Source of the DNA: Actinomycetota bacterium
GTDB taxonomy: Bacteria > Actinomycetota > UBA4738 > HRBIN12
Direction of reading: 5' to 3'
Length of the DNA: 64,000 nt
Assembly (NCBI GenBank): GCA_016201135.1
Contig: JACQDK010000040.1
Span: 6,492-70,491, forward strand
Below, piece after piece: positions 49,493 to 57,761 of the stretch (position 1 is its first letter; each line of letters begins with the position of its first letter). A program made the position numbers and the translations under genes. Below the pieces are notes generated by a model that saw only the letters and a program-made list of their open reading frames with translations, did no database searches and had not been told where the DNA came from.

Positions 49493-50308
49493 GTGGCCAC
49501 GACGGAGGTCTCCGCCAAGCTCGATCGCCTGCACGACGTGCTCAGGGGCGTTGGACGCGTCGTGGTCGCCTACAGCGGCGGCACCGATTCCTCGCTGGTG
49601 GCGGCCGTGGCGGCCCGAGCCCTGGGTGACCGGGCGCTCGCGGTCACGGCAGTGTCGGCCTCGCTTCCGCCGGGAGAGGCTGAGGAGGCCCGTCGCGTCG
49701 CGGCCGCCCTCGGCATCCCGCACCGGATGGTCAGGACCCGCGAGACCGAGCAGCCGGAGTACCTGGCGAACGGCACCGATCGCTGTTACCACTGCAAGAA
49801 CGAGCTCTACGACGTGCTCTCGCGCGTGGCCGAAGAGGGGGGCGGCGCGGTCGTGGTCTCGGGCGCGAACGTGGACGACCTCGGTGACTTCCGTCCGGGC
49901 CTGCGCGCAGCGGCCGAGCACGGCGTCCGGCATCCGCTCGTCGAGGTCGGCATGACGAAGGCCGAGGTTCGCGAGGCCGCCCACGAGCTTGGGGTCCCCA
50001 CCTGGGACAAGCCCGCCTCGGCCTGCCTGTCGTCGCGGGTCGCTTTCGGTGTCACCATCTCGGTGGAGATGCTCACGAAGGTCGGTCGCGCCGAACGCGT
50101 CCTGAGGGAGATGGGGTTCCGGCAGTGCCGGGTGCGCGTGCACGGCGACTTGGCCCGCATCGAGGTGGAGCCGGCGGAGCTGCCGCGTCTTGCGGAGCCG
50201 AGCGTGCGCGACCGTGTCGCCCGGGACCTGAAGGCGCTCGGCTACCGGTTCGTGACCCTCGACCTCGAGGGCTTCCGATCGGGCTCGATGAACCCCCTGG
50301 ACGTGTGA
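49493..50308 (+). CDS. larE: PP-loop ATP-utilising enzyme, LarE-like sulfur transferase (TIGR00268-type)
   Basis: VVVAYSGGTDSSLVA PP-loop, DRCYHCK, and ACLSSRV (LarE-type Cys). The start is placed at GTG 49493 because track start 49415 would read through the 16-bp hairpin. Confidence 0.75.
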   Translation: MATTEVSAKLDRLHDVLRGVGRVVVAYSGGTDSSLVAAVAARALGDRALAVTAVSASLPPGEAEEARRVAAALGIPHRMVRTRETEQPEYLANGTDRCYHCKNELYDVLSRVAEEGGGAVVVSGANVDDLGDFRPGLRAAAEHGVRHPLVEVGMTKAEVREAAHELGVPTWDKPASACLSSRVAFGVTISVEMLTKVGRAERVLREMGFRQCRVRVHGDLARIEVEPAELPRLAEPSVRDRVARDLKALGYRFVTLDLEGFRSGSMNPLDV

Positions 50309-50311
50309 GGG

Positions 50312-50464
50312 ATGAGGGCCCAGTTCCACCTCAAGTTCCCCGAGCACCTCGTGCGGGAGCCGATGGTGTACCGCGTGGGAAAGGAGTTCGGCGTTCAGAC
50401 CAACATCCGCCGGGCGAAGGTGGACGAGCTCACGGCCTGGTTCCTGATCGACCTCGAGGGCTGA
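50312..50464 (+). pseudogene. NIL-domain small protein, C-terminally truncated at a deletion junction
   Basis: MRAQFHLKFPEHLVREPMVYRVGKEFGVQTNIRRAKVDELTAWFLIDLEG then TGA. NIL domains normally continue for about 25 more residues. Confidence 0.6.
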
Positions 50465-50811
50465 ACAATGCCGTCTACCTCACCTATCTGGAGGAATGCC
50501 GCGACCGCTGGGCCCGGTCCCTGCTCGGCGAGGTCTCCGACACCTGGGAGTTCGTGCTGGCCCACGTGGGGATCGACTACCGTTCCGAGCTCACACAGGA
50601 CGACGGCGAGATCCTCGTGCGCTGCCGGCTCGCCGGCTTCGGCGGCTCCAGTCTTCGGACCCGCGAGGAGATCCTCAAGGCCGACGGAACTGTGAGCGCG
50701 AACGCGGAGGCGGTCGTCGTGCCTCGCGACCCGCAGACCCAGAGAGCTCGCCGGCTCACGGCGGACGAGAGACGGATCCTGGCCGAGGAGCTCGCGCGAG
50801 ACGGCGGCTGA
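50461..50811 (+). pseudogene. 4HBT/YbgC-type acyl-CoA thioesterase lacking its 5' end and start codon
   Basis: Begins mid-motif at LNNAVYLTYLEECRDRW (normally ...YEDTDxxGHVNNAVYL...). There is no in-frame start and no RBS. Ends at TGA 50811. Confidence 0.65.
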
Positions 50812-50826
50812 GTTCCTTGCGGCCGC

Positions 50827-52104
50827 TCAGGTGATGAGGCGGCGGCCGCGCACGAAGTGGTCGTGGTACCAGCCGGTACCGACCCACATGATCGTGACGC
50901 CCGCGGGTGTGCTCGAGGAGTCCAGCGCCCACCCGTTCCCGATGTACGTGTCGACGTGGTCGATGATGCCGTCGCCGTCGCCGTCGTAGAACATCAGGTC
51001 GCCGACCTCGAGCCGCTTCCAGCTGATGTTCCCGACGATGGCCATGTCGTTCGCGACGCGTTGCGGCAGATCCCATCCCGCGTAGGGACGCGGCGGGCGA
51101 TTGTCCCAGCCGTTGCCCGCGTGCCGCATGATCCACCATGCGAAGCCGGAACAGTCGAACCCGCCGACCGGCTGCGTCCCACAGCAGTAACCGGAACCTG
51201 TCGCGGTGTCCCACTCCCCTCCCCACACGTACGGGTAGCCGACGAAGTCGATGCCCCACTGGATGAGGCGCCTCTTCCTCGGCCCCATCGTCGGCAGCTC
51301 GATCGTCGCGTAGCTCTGCATCGAGGCTATCGCGTCCGCTGAGAGGGTCTTCGCTCGGAACAGCGACCATGCGACCTCCGATCGAGGCAGGAGGTCGGCG
51401 GGGTTCACGTCCAGCGACTCGTCCCAGTGGTTGTATCGCAGGCCCAGACGCATCCCGATCAGCACGGTCCCGAACTTCGACGGCGTGTCGAACACGAACC
51501 CGTTGTGGGTGTGTATCTCGTTGAGGCCCTTCGCAGCGCTCTTCAGGCCCAATGCGAACACTGTGGCGTGATGCACGAGAGCCATCGACACCCCCTCGGT
51601 CGGGAGGAACGCCCCGTCGACGGGCTTGATCCAGCCCTCCTGTGCGGCCACGTTCGCGGACGGGTAGAACCGTGAATCGTCCGGGAGGTCCGTGAAGTGC
51701 AGGTTGGGGTCGACGGCCACGTCCGGCGCGAACGCGTCCACGAGCGCGCGCGCGAAGAGCTGCCTGGACTCGATCCGGTTCGGCCTGAAGGGGTACGTCC
51801 CGTCCTTGTTCGGCGGGAAGTCCCTCATCCAATCGTTGGTCCCGCCCACGAAGTCGATCGCCCTGCGGGCCCAGAGGTCTTTGGGGACGTCGGACCACTG
51901 GATCGTCGTGAAGGAAAGGCGCGCCGAGCGGGGGATGACGAACCGGAACGGCGGCACCCCTGTCCCCTGGTCGCCCGACTTCGCCGTGTCATTGCCGCTC
52001 GCGATCGCGTTCGAGCCTCCCGTGGGCGCGAGCGACAGACCGGCGGCGAGCGCGAGGCAGCGCGCGAGCAGCCGACGACGGAAAGGCCATCCCCCCGGAC
52101 GCAT
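50827..52104 (-). CDS. Secreted NlpC/P60 (C40) cell-wall peptidase
   Basis: FDCSGFAWWIM (Cys) and IIDHVDTYIG (His). N-terminal RRRLLARCLALAAGLSL signal. ATG 52104 (track start 52179). Confidence 0.8.
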   Translation of the reverse strand: MRPGGWPFRRRLLARCLALAAGLSLAPTGGSNAIASGNDTAKSGDQGTGVPPFRFVIPRSARLSFTTIQWSDVPKDLWARRAIDFVGGTNDWMRDFPPNKDGTYPFRPNRIESRQLFARALVDAFAPDVAVDPNLHFTDLPDDSRFYPSANVAAQEGWIKPVDGAFLPTEGVSMALVHHATVFALGLKSAAKGLNEIHTHNGFVFDTPSKFGTVLIGMRLGLRYNHWDESLDVNPADLLPRSEVAWSLFRAKTLSADAIASMQSYATIELPTMGPRKRRLIQWGIDFVGYPYVWGGEWDTATGSGYCCGTQPVGGFDCSGFAWWIMRHAGNGWDNRPPRPYAGWDLPQRVANDMAIVGNISWKRLEVGDLMFYDGDGDGIIDHVDTYIGNGWALDSSSTPAGVTIMWVGTGWYHDHFVRGRRLIT

Positions 52105-52221
52105 ATCGAGTGCGTCGGCAAAGGTCCGCCGGAACTTGAGGGACCGTGGGTCGGCTCGAGGCTCGAGCCCCGTGGGCACGGGTACTGCTATCCGGAGCTC
52201 GACGCTGTATTCTCAGCGGCC

Positions 52222-52431
52222 GTGCTGGGGGATGAGGAGGCGCTCGTGCTGGAGGTGAAGCCCTGGGACGTCCACGGGGTGGGCTACGTCGACGTCACCG
52301 TCGCCTTCAAGGATCGCTCCGTCGAGACCGCGCGCCTGGGAGGCGAGAGCGTGCCCTTCGGGCTCCAGGCCGGCGACCCGGTGCTCGTGAGCAAGGCCGT
52401 GAACATGATCGTGGCGATCCGGAGGCCATGA
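52222..52431 (+). CDS. Small hypothetical protein (69 aa)
   Basis: GTG 52222. VLGDEEALVLEVKPWDVHGVGYVDVTVAFKDRSVETARLGG... The stop overlaps the next ATG (ATGA). Confidence 0.45.
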   Translation: MLGDEEALVLEVKPWDVHGVGYVDVTVAFKDRSVETARLGGESVPFGLQAGDPVLVSKAVNMIVAIRRP

Positions 52432-52625
52432 TGTTCGACTGGGCGTACCTGGACTCGGTGGGCGAGGAGATCGGGCGTTCCGATCGGTTCGACGATCCGG
52501 ATTCGGCCGAGGAGTGGATCTCCGTCTCCTGGCGTGACCTCGCCGACATCGGCGTCGAGGAAGTCGCGCTCTTCGACCACGCGCGCGGGTGCTGTGTCTA
52601 CCGCATGGGTCTGGGGATCGAGTAG
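52428..52625 (+). CDS. Small hypothetical acidic protein (65 aa)
   Basis: MMFDWAYLDSVGEEIGRSDRFDDPDSAEEWISVSWRDLADIGVEEVALFDHARGCCVYRMGLGIE. Apparently translationally coupled to the preceding ORF. Confidence 0.5.
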   Translation: MMFDWAYLDSVGEEIGRSDRFDDPDSAEEWISVSWRDLADIGVEEVALFDHARGCCVYRMGLGIE

Positions 52626-52632
52626 GGCCGGT

Positions 52633-53169
52633 CTACCCCTGTTCGGGGCCTTCCCCGCGTACCTTCTCCACTCGGGTGAGGGCGTCTCGGAGATCCTTCA
52701 GCCATTCGTCTTGGTGCCTCGCCACCAGTCGCACGCACCAAGCGAGCGCGTGGGAGCGGCTGCGCGCCACGCCGGCCTCGACGAGCGTGTCGAGCACCCG
52801 CCGCTCGGGCATCCGAAGGCGGGTCATCGACGGGACCGAGACGGTCGTGAACAGGACCTTCTGATCGCCGCACCTGGCGCCCCAGGAGACCCTGCGGCCG
52901 AACCGGAGCTGGGCCTCGTCGGCGATGCGCATGCGCTGGGCGCGCGTGTCCTCCCTGAATCCCTGGATCCGGGCGGCGAGGGCCGTTTCTCGGGTCTCGG
53001 GCGTTGCATCGGCGAGGAGCTCAGGCTCCGGCAGGTCTCCGACGACCAGGATCTCCTCGCGATCCGCGTCGACGGCGGGCGGACCCGAGAACCAGCCTAC
53101 CGGGAGGCGACCCGCGAACCAGCCTTTCAGCTCGTCATCGGTGGGTGAGGGGTTCCGGTCATCGTTCAT
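52633..53169 (-). CDS. Hypothetical protein (178 aa), probably leaderless
   Basis: ATG 53169 with no SD. On the minus strand a TAATGT -10-like hexamer ends 7 nt upstream of the ATG. The helical C-terminal part (RRVLDTLVEAGVARSRSHALAWCVRLV) could bind DNA. Confidence 0.55.
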   Translation of the reverse strand: MNDDRNPSPTDDELKGWFAGRLPVGWFSGPPAVDADREEILVVGDLPEPELLADATPETRETALAARIQGFREDTRAQRMRIADEAQLRFGRRVSWGARCGDQKVLFTTVSVPSMTRLRMPERRVLDTLVEAGVARSRSHALAWCVRLVARHQDEWLKDLRDALTRVEKVRGEGPEQG

Positions 53170-53192
53170 GTAATCTACATTACATCATTACA
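53169..53192. promoter_or_regulatory. AT-rich palindrome plus extra half-site in a divergent promoter region
   Basis: TGTAAT-CTAC-ATTACA-TC-ATTACA. This looked like the most AT-rich spot I noticed in the window. It abuts the start codon of 52633-53169 and lies 120 nt upstream of 53313. Confidence 0.35.
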
Positions 53193-53312
53193 CACCAGCG
53201 TCAAGCCCCCAAGACCCCCGCCAGGCATGAGAGCGCTCCGGTGCTCGCATCCGCTGCCGCTCGGTGGAACACTTCGCCCCGACGGCTGGGGACACCTAGG
53301 AGGAGGGGCGGC

Positions 53313-54021
53313 ATGGGCGACAAGAGGTCGATGGCTGCGGGCGTGGGGCTCGTCGGGGGTGTGCTGCTCATCGTGGGCTCGTTCCTCACGTGAGTGACGG
53401 TGAGCGTGAACCTCGATGCCTTCGCGCGAGTGATGAGCGACGCCCTCGGGATCCAGGTCGCCGCCTCCGACCTGGCCGCTCTGGGCGTCCCCGGGTCGAC
53501 CAGCACCGCCGGGACGGTTCGCGACGGCAAGGTCACGCTCGTCGCGGGGCTCGTGGTCGTCGTGTGCGCGATCTTGTTCCTGGCGGTCGAGAACGCCCGG
53601 AAGGCTGCGAGGGTCCTGATGATCGTCGGGGGACTCGGCGGGGTCGGCGTCACGGTCCTGAACCTCCTCGCCAAGGGCAGCCAGATCGACCAGGGACTCG
53701 CCAAGGTCGGTCCCCAGCTCTCGAAGGTCGGGATCTCGCTCGACGCGTTCAAGAGCGTCTTCCAGGTCCAGTGGGGCATCGGGATCTACGTGTGTCTCGT
53801 GGGCGGCCCTCGTCGCGCTCGCCGGTGGGATCGCGGCACGCGTGCCGGAGGTAGTCGCGTCGCCCGCCCCTGGGTGGTCCTCGTCGGGAACGGGATCCGG
53901 CTTCGAGACACCTTCCTGGCCCTCGACCGTCCCGGCGCCGATGCCGGCCGTTCCGGAGACCCTTGGGCCCGCTTCTGCCGGCCCGCCTCAGGAGCCGGAT
54001 CCGCCTCCTTCCGCCCCTTGA
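53313..54021 (+). pseudogene. Hypothetical membrane protein carrying an in-frame TGA and a frameshift
   Basis: ATG 53313 follows AGGAGGAGG. TM1 ends GSFLT-TGA(53391)-VTVSV in the same frame. Near 53805 the hydrophobic helix WGIGIYVCLVGG continues only in frame +1 (ALVALAGGIAAR..., Pro-rich tail, TGA 54019-54021). Confidence 0.6.
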
Positions 54022-54022
54022 C

Positions 54023-54427
54023 GTGCGGACGACCGAGGTCCTGATCGACACCGGCGGCGGGCGGGTCGTCGACATCACGCCCGCCGTCCGGTCGTTCGCG
54101 GAGGGTGCCGGAGGCGACGGGCTGGTCCACGTCTTCCTCCCGCACGCCACCGCGGGACTCGCTCTGATGGAGACGGGCTCGGGGTCTGAAGTCGACCTCG
54201 AGGAGCTGATCGAGCGGCTGCTCCCCCGTGACGACCGCTACGCCCACCCCCACGGCTCGATGGGACACGGCGGGGACCATCTGTTGCCGGTCATGGTCCC
54301 GCCGTTCCTCGTGCTGCCGGTGGTGGAGGGCCGCCTCGGACTAGGGGTCTGGCAGAGCGTCGTGGTGGTGGATCCGAACCACGAGAACGACAAGCGTGCC
54401 GTCCGACTGAGCTTCGTGCCCGCCTGA
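54023..54427 (+). CDS. yjbQ: YjbQ/UPF0047 family protein (secondary thiamine-phosphate synthase-like)
   Basis: GLVHVFLPHATAGLALMETGSG...GHGGDHLLP...GVWQSVVVVDPNHENDKRAVRLSF. GTG 54023. Confidence 0.8.
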   Translation: MRTTEVLIDTGGGRVVDITPAVRSFAEGAGGDGLVHVFLPHATAGLALMETGSGSEVDLEELIERLLPRDDRYAHPHGSMGHGGDHLLPVMVPPFLVLPVVEGRLGLGVWQSVVVVDPNHENDKRAVRLSFVPA

Positions 54428-54430
54428 GGG

Positions 54431-54826
54431 TTACAGGTACTGGCCGGGAGCGCGCTCGGTGTCCTCGCCGGGGGATCGCACCGCCTGAACGTCACGTTCG
54501 CGAAGGAGCAGGAGCTCGTCGCCGTCCAGCTCGACCTCCAGCCCCGCCTGCGGAAGGAAGAGCACGCGATCGCCGGCCTTCGCGACCCGGACCTCGGGCC
54601 CGATGAGCGCGACGTCTCCCCACTGGAGGCGCTTGGGCGCCGGCATCGCGGTCGCCGGGATCAGCAGGCCTCCGGCGGACTTGCGCTCGCCGTTGTCGGG
54701 CGTGCGCACCACGAGCCGGTCGCCCGTCAGGCGGATCTTCGGCTCCGAGGTCCTCTTGGCGCGCGGCTTCCTGGCCGGCGCCTTCGCCGGCTTCGCCGCG
54801 GGGTCCTGAGCCTTCGTTCGGGGCAT
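54431..54826 (-). CDS. GroES/Cpn10-fold protein with Lys/Pro/Ala-rich basic N-terminal tail
   Basis: IRLTGDRLVVRTPDNGERKSAGGLLIP...WGDVALIGPEV...GDRVLFLPQAGLEVELDGDELLLLRERDVQAV aligns with GroES including the mobile loop. The tail is MPRTKAQDPAAKPAKAPARKPRAKRTSEPK. ATG 54826. Confidence 0.7.
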   Translation of the reverse strand: MPRTKAQDPAAKPAKAPARKPRAKRTSEPKIRLTGDRLVVRTPDNGERKSAGGLLIPATAMPAPKRLQWGDVALIGPEVRVAKAGDRVLFLPQAGLEVELDGDELLLLRERDVQAVRSPGEDTERAPGQYL

Positions 54827-54860
54827 CTCGGTCCGAGTGTAGCTAGCGAGAACCGGTACC

Positions 54861-55739
54861 ATGCCGCCCGTCATGAAGGCCTCAGCGCTCCTTGCCCACG
54901 CCGTGGAGAAGCTGGAGGCGTCCGACGCGATAGATCATTGGCAGAAGAACCGGGAGCTCTACGAGGCCGAGGACCTCCTGATGCATGCGATGGGGGGCCA
55001 GGAGGTCGAGCTCGACGAGGACGTGCCGCCCCGGGTCCGCAGGCGCTTCGAGGCGATGGTCGCCCGCCGGGCCGCCGGCGAGCCGGTCCCGTTCATCAAG
55101 GGGTACGCCGAGTTCAGGGGCATCCAGGTCCTGGCCCGGCCGGGGGTGTTCGTGCCGCGGGACTCCTCGGAGTTCCTTGCCGAGCAGGCCGTCCGGCGCC
55201 TCCGGGCGCGCAGGTCTCCCGTCCACGTGGATCTTGCCACCGGAGGCGGGCCGATCGCGCTCGCCGTGGCGAACGAGGTGCCTAAGGCGATCGTGTACGG
55301 CGCCGACCTCTCGCCGGAGGCGGTCGCGCTCGCCCGGACCAACGCCAAGCGGGCCGGGGTTCGGGCGACCTTCGTCGTCGCCGACCTCTTCACCGGGCTG
55401 CCCAAGAGGAAGCTCGCCGGGAAGGTGGACGTGGTGACCCTGCACCCTCCTTACGTGCCGCGCGATGAGGTCCGCGACCTGCCGGACGAGATACGAGCAT
55501 GGGAGCCCACTCATACCCTGACCGACCAGAGCGAGGACGGCATGGGGCTCGTTCGGCGGGCCGCCCATGAGGGACCCGAGTGGCTCGCGAGGAACGGATG
55601 GCTCCTGGTCGAGGTGAGCCCGGACCGCTCGCGAGAGGTGATGCGGATCCTGCGCGCCGCCGGGTTCCGCGAGGTGCGGAGCACGAAGGGCGGTGACCTG
55701 AAGGTGACGAGGGTCGTGGTCGGGAGAAGGCCCGCGTGA
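54861..55739 (+). CDS. PrmC/HemK-related N5-glutamine-type SAM methyltransferase
   Basis: VFVPRDSSEFL, SAM motif VDLATGGGPIAL, and substrate motif VTLHPPYVP. Confidence 0.78.
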   Translation: MPPVMKASALLAHAVEKLEASDAIDHWQKNRELYEAEDLLMHAMGGQEVELDEDVPPRVRRRFEAMVARRAAGEPVPFIKGYAEFRGIQVLARPGVFVPRDSSEFLAEQAVRRLRARRSPVHVDLATGGGPIALAVANEVPKAIVYGADLSPEAVALARTNAKRAGVRATFVVADLFTGLPKRKLAGKVDVVTLHPPYVPRDEVRDLPDEIRAWEPTHTLTDQSEDGMGLVRRAAHEGPEWLARNGWLLVEVSPDRSREVMRILRAAGFREVRSTKGGDLKVTRVVVGRRPA

Positions 55740-57700
55740 GCGGCCGTCAGGTTCTGCCCTACGGGACCTGGTCGTCCCCGATCACCGCTCGGATGCTCGC
55801 GACCGCCGGGATCGGACTCGACGATCCTTGGATCGAGGACGGCGTCGTCTACTGGCTCGAGCACCGCCCCGTCGAGGACGGGCGCTACGTGGTGGTGGCC
55901 GCGTCCTCCTCGTCCGAAGCCCGCGACGTCACCCCTCCGGGTTCCAACGCCAGGACCAAGGTCCACGAGTACGGCGGGGCCCCGTACTGGGTCCACCGTG
56001 GCACCGTGTACTTCTCGAACTTCGCCGACCAGAGGCTGTACCGGCTGGATCCGGGGGGCGATCCCGTCGCGATCACTCCGGAGACAGGCGGTCGTTTCCG
56101 GTATTCGGACGGCGTGCTCACATCCGACGGCCTGACGGTGATCTGCGTGCGGGAGCGGCACGAGGGCGACGGGCCGGGCGAGGTCGTGAACGAGCTGGCG
56201 GCGATCCCGGCCGACGGTGGTCCGGCCCGGACGGTCGCCGGGGGTCGCGACTTCTACGCCTACCCGCGGATCTCTCCCGACGGGGCCCGGATCGCGTGGC
56301 TCTCGTGGGACCTGCCCGACATGCCCTGGGACGGCTGCGAGGTCTGGGTCGGCGACCTCGCCTCCGACTGCGCCATCTCGAACGAGCGCCGGGTGGCCGG
56401 CTCCCGCGAGGAGTCGATCTTTCAGCCCTCGTGGAGCCCCGCGGGGGAACTGCACTTCGTTTCCGACCGGACGGGATGGTGGAACCTGTACCGCGAGCAC
56501 GGGGGCGAGGTGGAGGCGCTCCATGCGATGGAGGCCGAGTTCGGCTGGCCGCTCTGGGAGCTCGGCGCCTCCTCGTACGCTTTCCTCGGCGATGGACGGA
56601 TCGCCTGTCTGTACGGTGCCGGCGGCGTGCAGCACGTCGGGGTGCTGGACCCGAACTCGCGCGAGCTCATCGACCTGGACCTGCCGTACGACGCGATCGC
56701 GTGGCCGGCGATCGTCGCCGAGGGCGCCACCGTGGTCTTCGTCGGCGGCTCCGCCACCATGCCGAACGAGCTGGTCCGGCTGGATCTGTCGACGCGCTCG
56801 GCGGAGGTGCTCCGCCGGACCCGCGAGATCGGCTTCGACCCCGGGTACCTGTCCGTGCCGCGCGCGATCGAGTTCCCGACGGAGGGCGGTCTCACCGCGC
56901 ACGCGCACTTCTACCCACCCGCGAGCGCGGTCGCCGAGGGGCCGCCGGAAGAGCTGCCGCCCCTCGTCGTGATGAGCCACGGCGGTCCGACCGACGAGTC
57001 GACCTCGGTGTTCGACCTGCGCAAGCAGTACTTCACGAGCCGCGGGTTCGCCGTCGTGGACGTGAACTATGGTGGCAGCACGGGCTACGGACGCCAGTAC
57101 CGCCTGCGGCTGAACGGGAACTGGGGCGTGGTGGACACGCTGGACTGCATCAACGCGGCGCAGCACCTCGTGGCGCAAGGACTCGTCGACAGGTCCCGCA
57201 TGGCGATCCGGGGGGGCAGCGCCGGCGGCTACACGACCCTTTGCGCCCTCACGTTCCACGACGACTTCGCGGCGGGCGCGAGCCTCTTCGGCATCTCGGA
57301 CCTCGAGCCGTTCGCCACCGGCGGCACTCACAAGTTCGAGTCGAAGTACGAGGAGACGCTGGTCGGTCCGTATCCGGAGGCGGCCGACCGCTACCGCGCG
57401 CGCTCGCCCATCCACTACGTCGACATGATCTCGACCCCCATGATCTTGTTGCAGGGCGACGAGGACGAGGTCGTTCCGCCGGCACAGTCGGAGATGATGG
57501 TGGAGGCGCTCGCGGCCAAGGGCCTTCCCTATGCCTACCTGCTGTTCGAGGGCGAGCAGCACGGGTTCCGAAAGGCGGAGAACATCGAGCGCGCCTTCGA
57601 GGCAGAGCTCTTCTTCTACTCCAGGATCTTCGGGTTCGAGCTGGGTGATCCGGTCGTGCCCGTGCGGATCCACAACCTTCCGGAGCGGCTCGGGCCATGA
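55736..57700 (+). CDS. S9-family serine peptidase (prolyl oligopeptidase/dipeptidyl aminopeptidase-like)
   Basis: N-terminal beta-propeller region. Catalytic IRGGSAGGYTTL (Ser), LQGDEDEVVP (Asp), and EGEQHGF (His). Confidence 0.88.
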   Translation: MSGRQVLPYGTWSSPITARMLATAGIGLDDPWIEDGVVYWLEHRPVEDGRYVVVAASSSSEARDVTPPGSNARTKVHEYGGAPYWVHRGTVYFSNFADQRLYRLDPGGDPVAITPETGGRFRYSDGVLTSDGLTVICVRERHEGDGPGEVVNELAAIPADGGPARTVAGGRDFYAYPRISPDGARIAWLSWDLPDMPWDGCEVWVGDLASDCAISNERRVAGSREESIFQPSWSPAGELHFVSDRTGWWNLYREHGGEVEALHAMEAEFGWPLWELGASSYAFLGDGRIACLYGAGGVQHVGVLDPNSRELIDLDLPYDAIAWPAIVAEGATVVFVGGSATMPNELVRLDLSTRSAEVLRRTREIGFDPGYLSVPRAIEFPTEGGLTAHAHFYPPASAVAEGPPEELPPLVVMSHGGPTDESTSVFDLRKQYFTSRGFAVVDVNYGGSTGYGRQYRLRLNGNWGVVDTLDCINAAQHLVAQGLVDRSRMAIRGGSAGGYTTLCALTFHDDFAAGASLFGISDLEPFATGGTHKFESKYEETLVGPYPEAADRYRARSPIHYVDMISTPMILLQGDEDEVVPPAQSEMMVEALAAKGLPYAYLLFEGEQHGFRKAENIERAFEAELFFYSRIFGFELGDPVVPVRIHNLPERLGP

Positions 57701-57761
57701 GGTCCCTGGAGCCGCGGGACCTTCGACCCGCCCTCGCGCCGATCCGGCGCCCGAACCTTGG

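Noticed and set aside
53391-53393. Selenocysteine at the in-frame TGA codons (53391 and 61757).
   Set aside because: Both lie in hydrophobic membrane segments rather than redox motifs. I could not fold a SECIS-like stem-loop immediately downstream.
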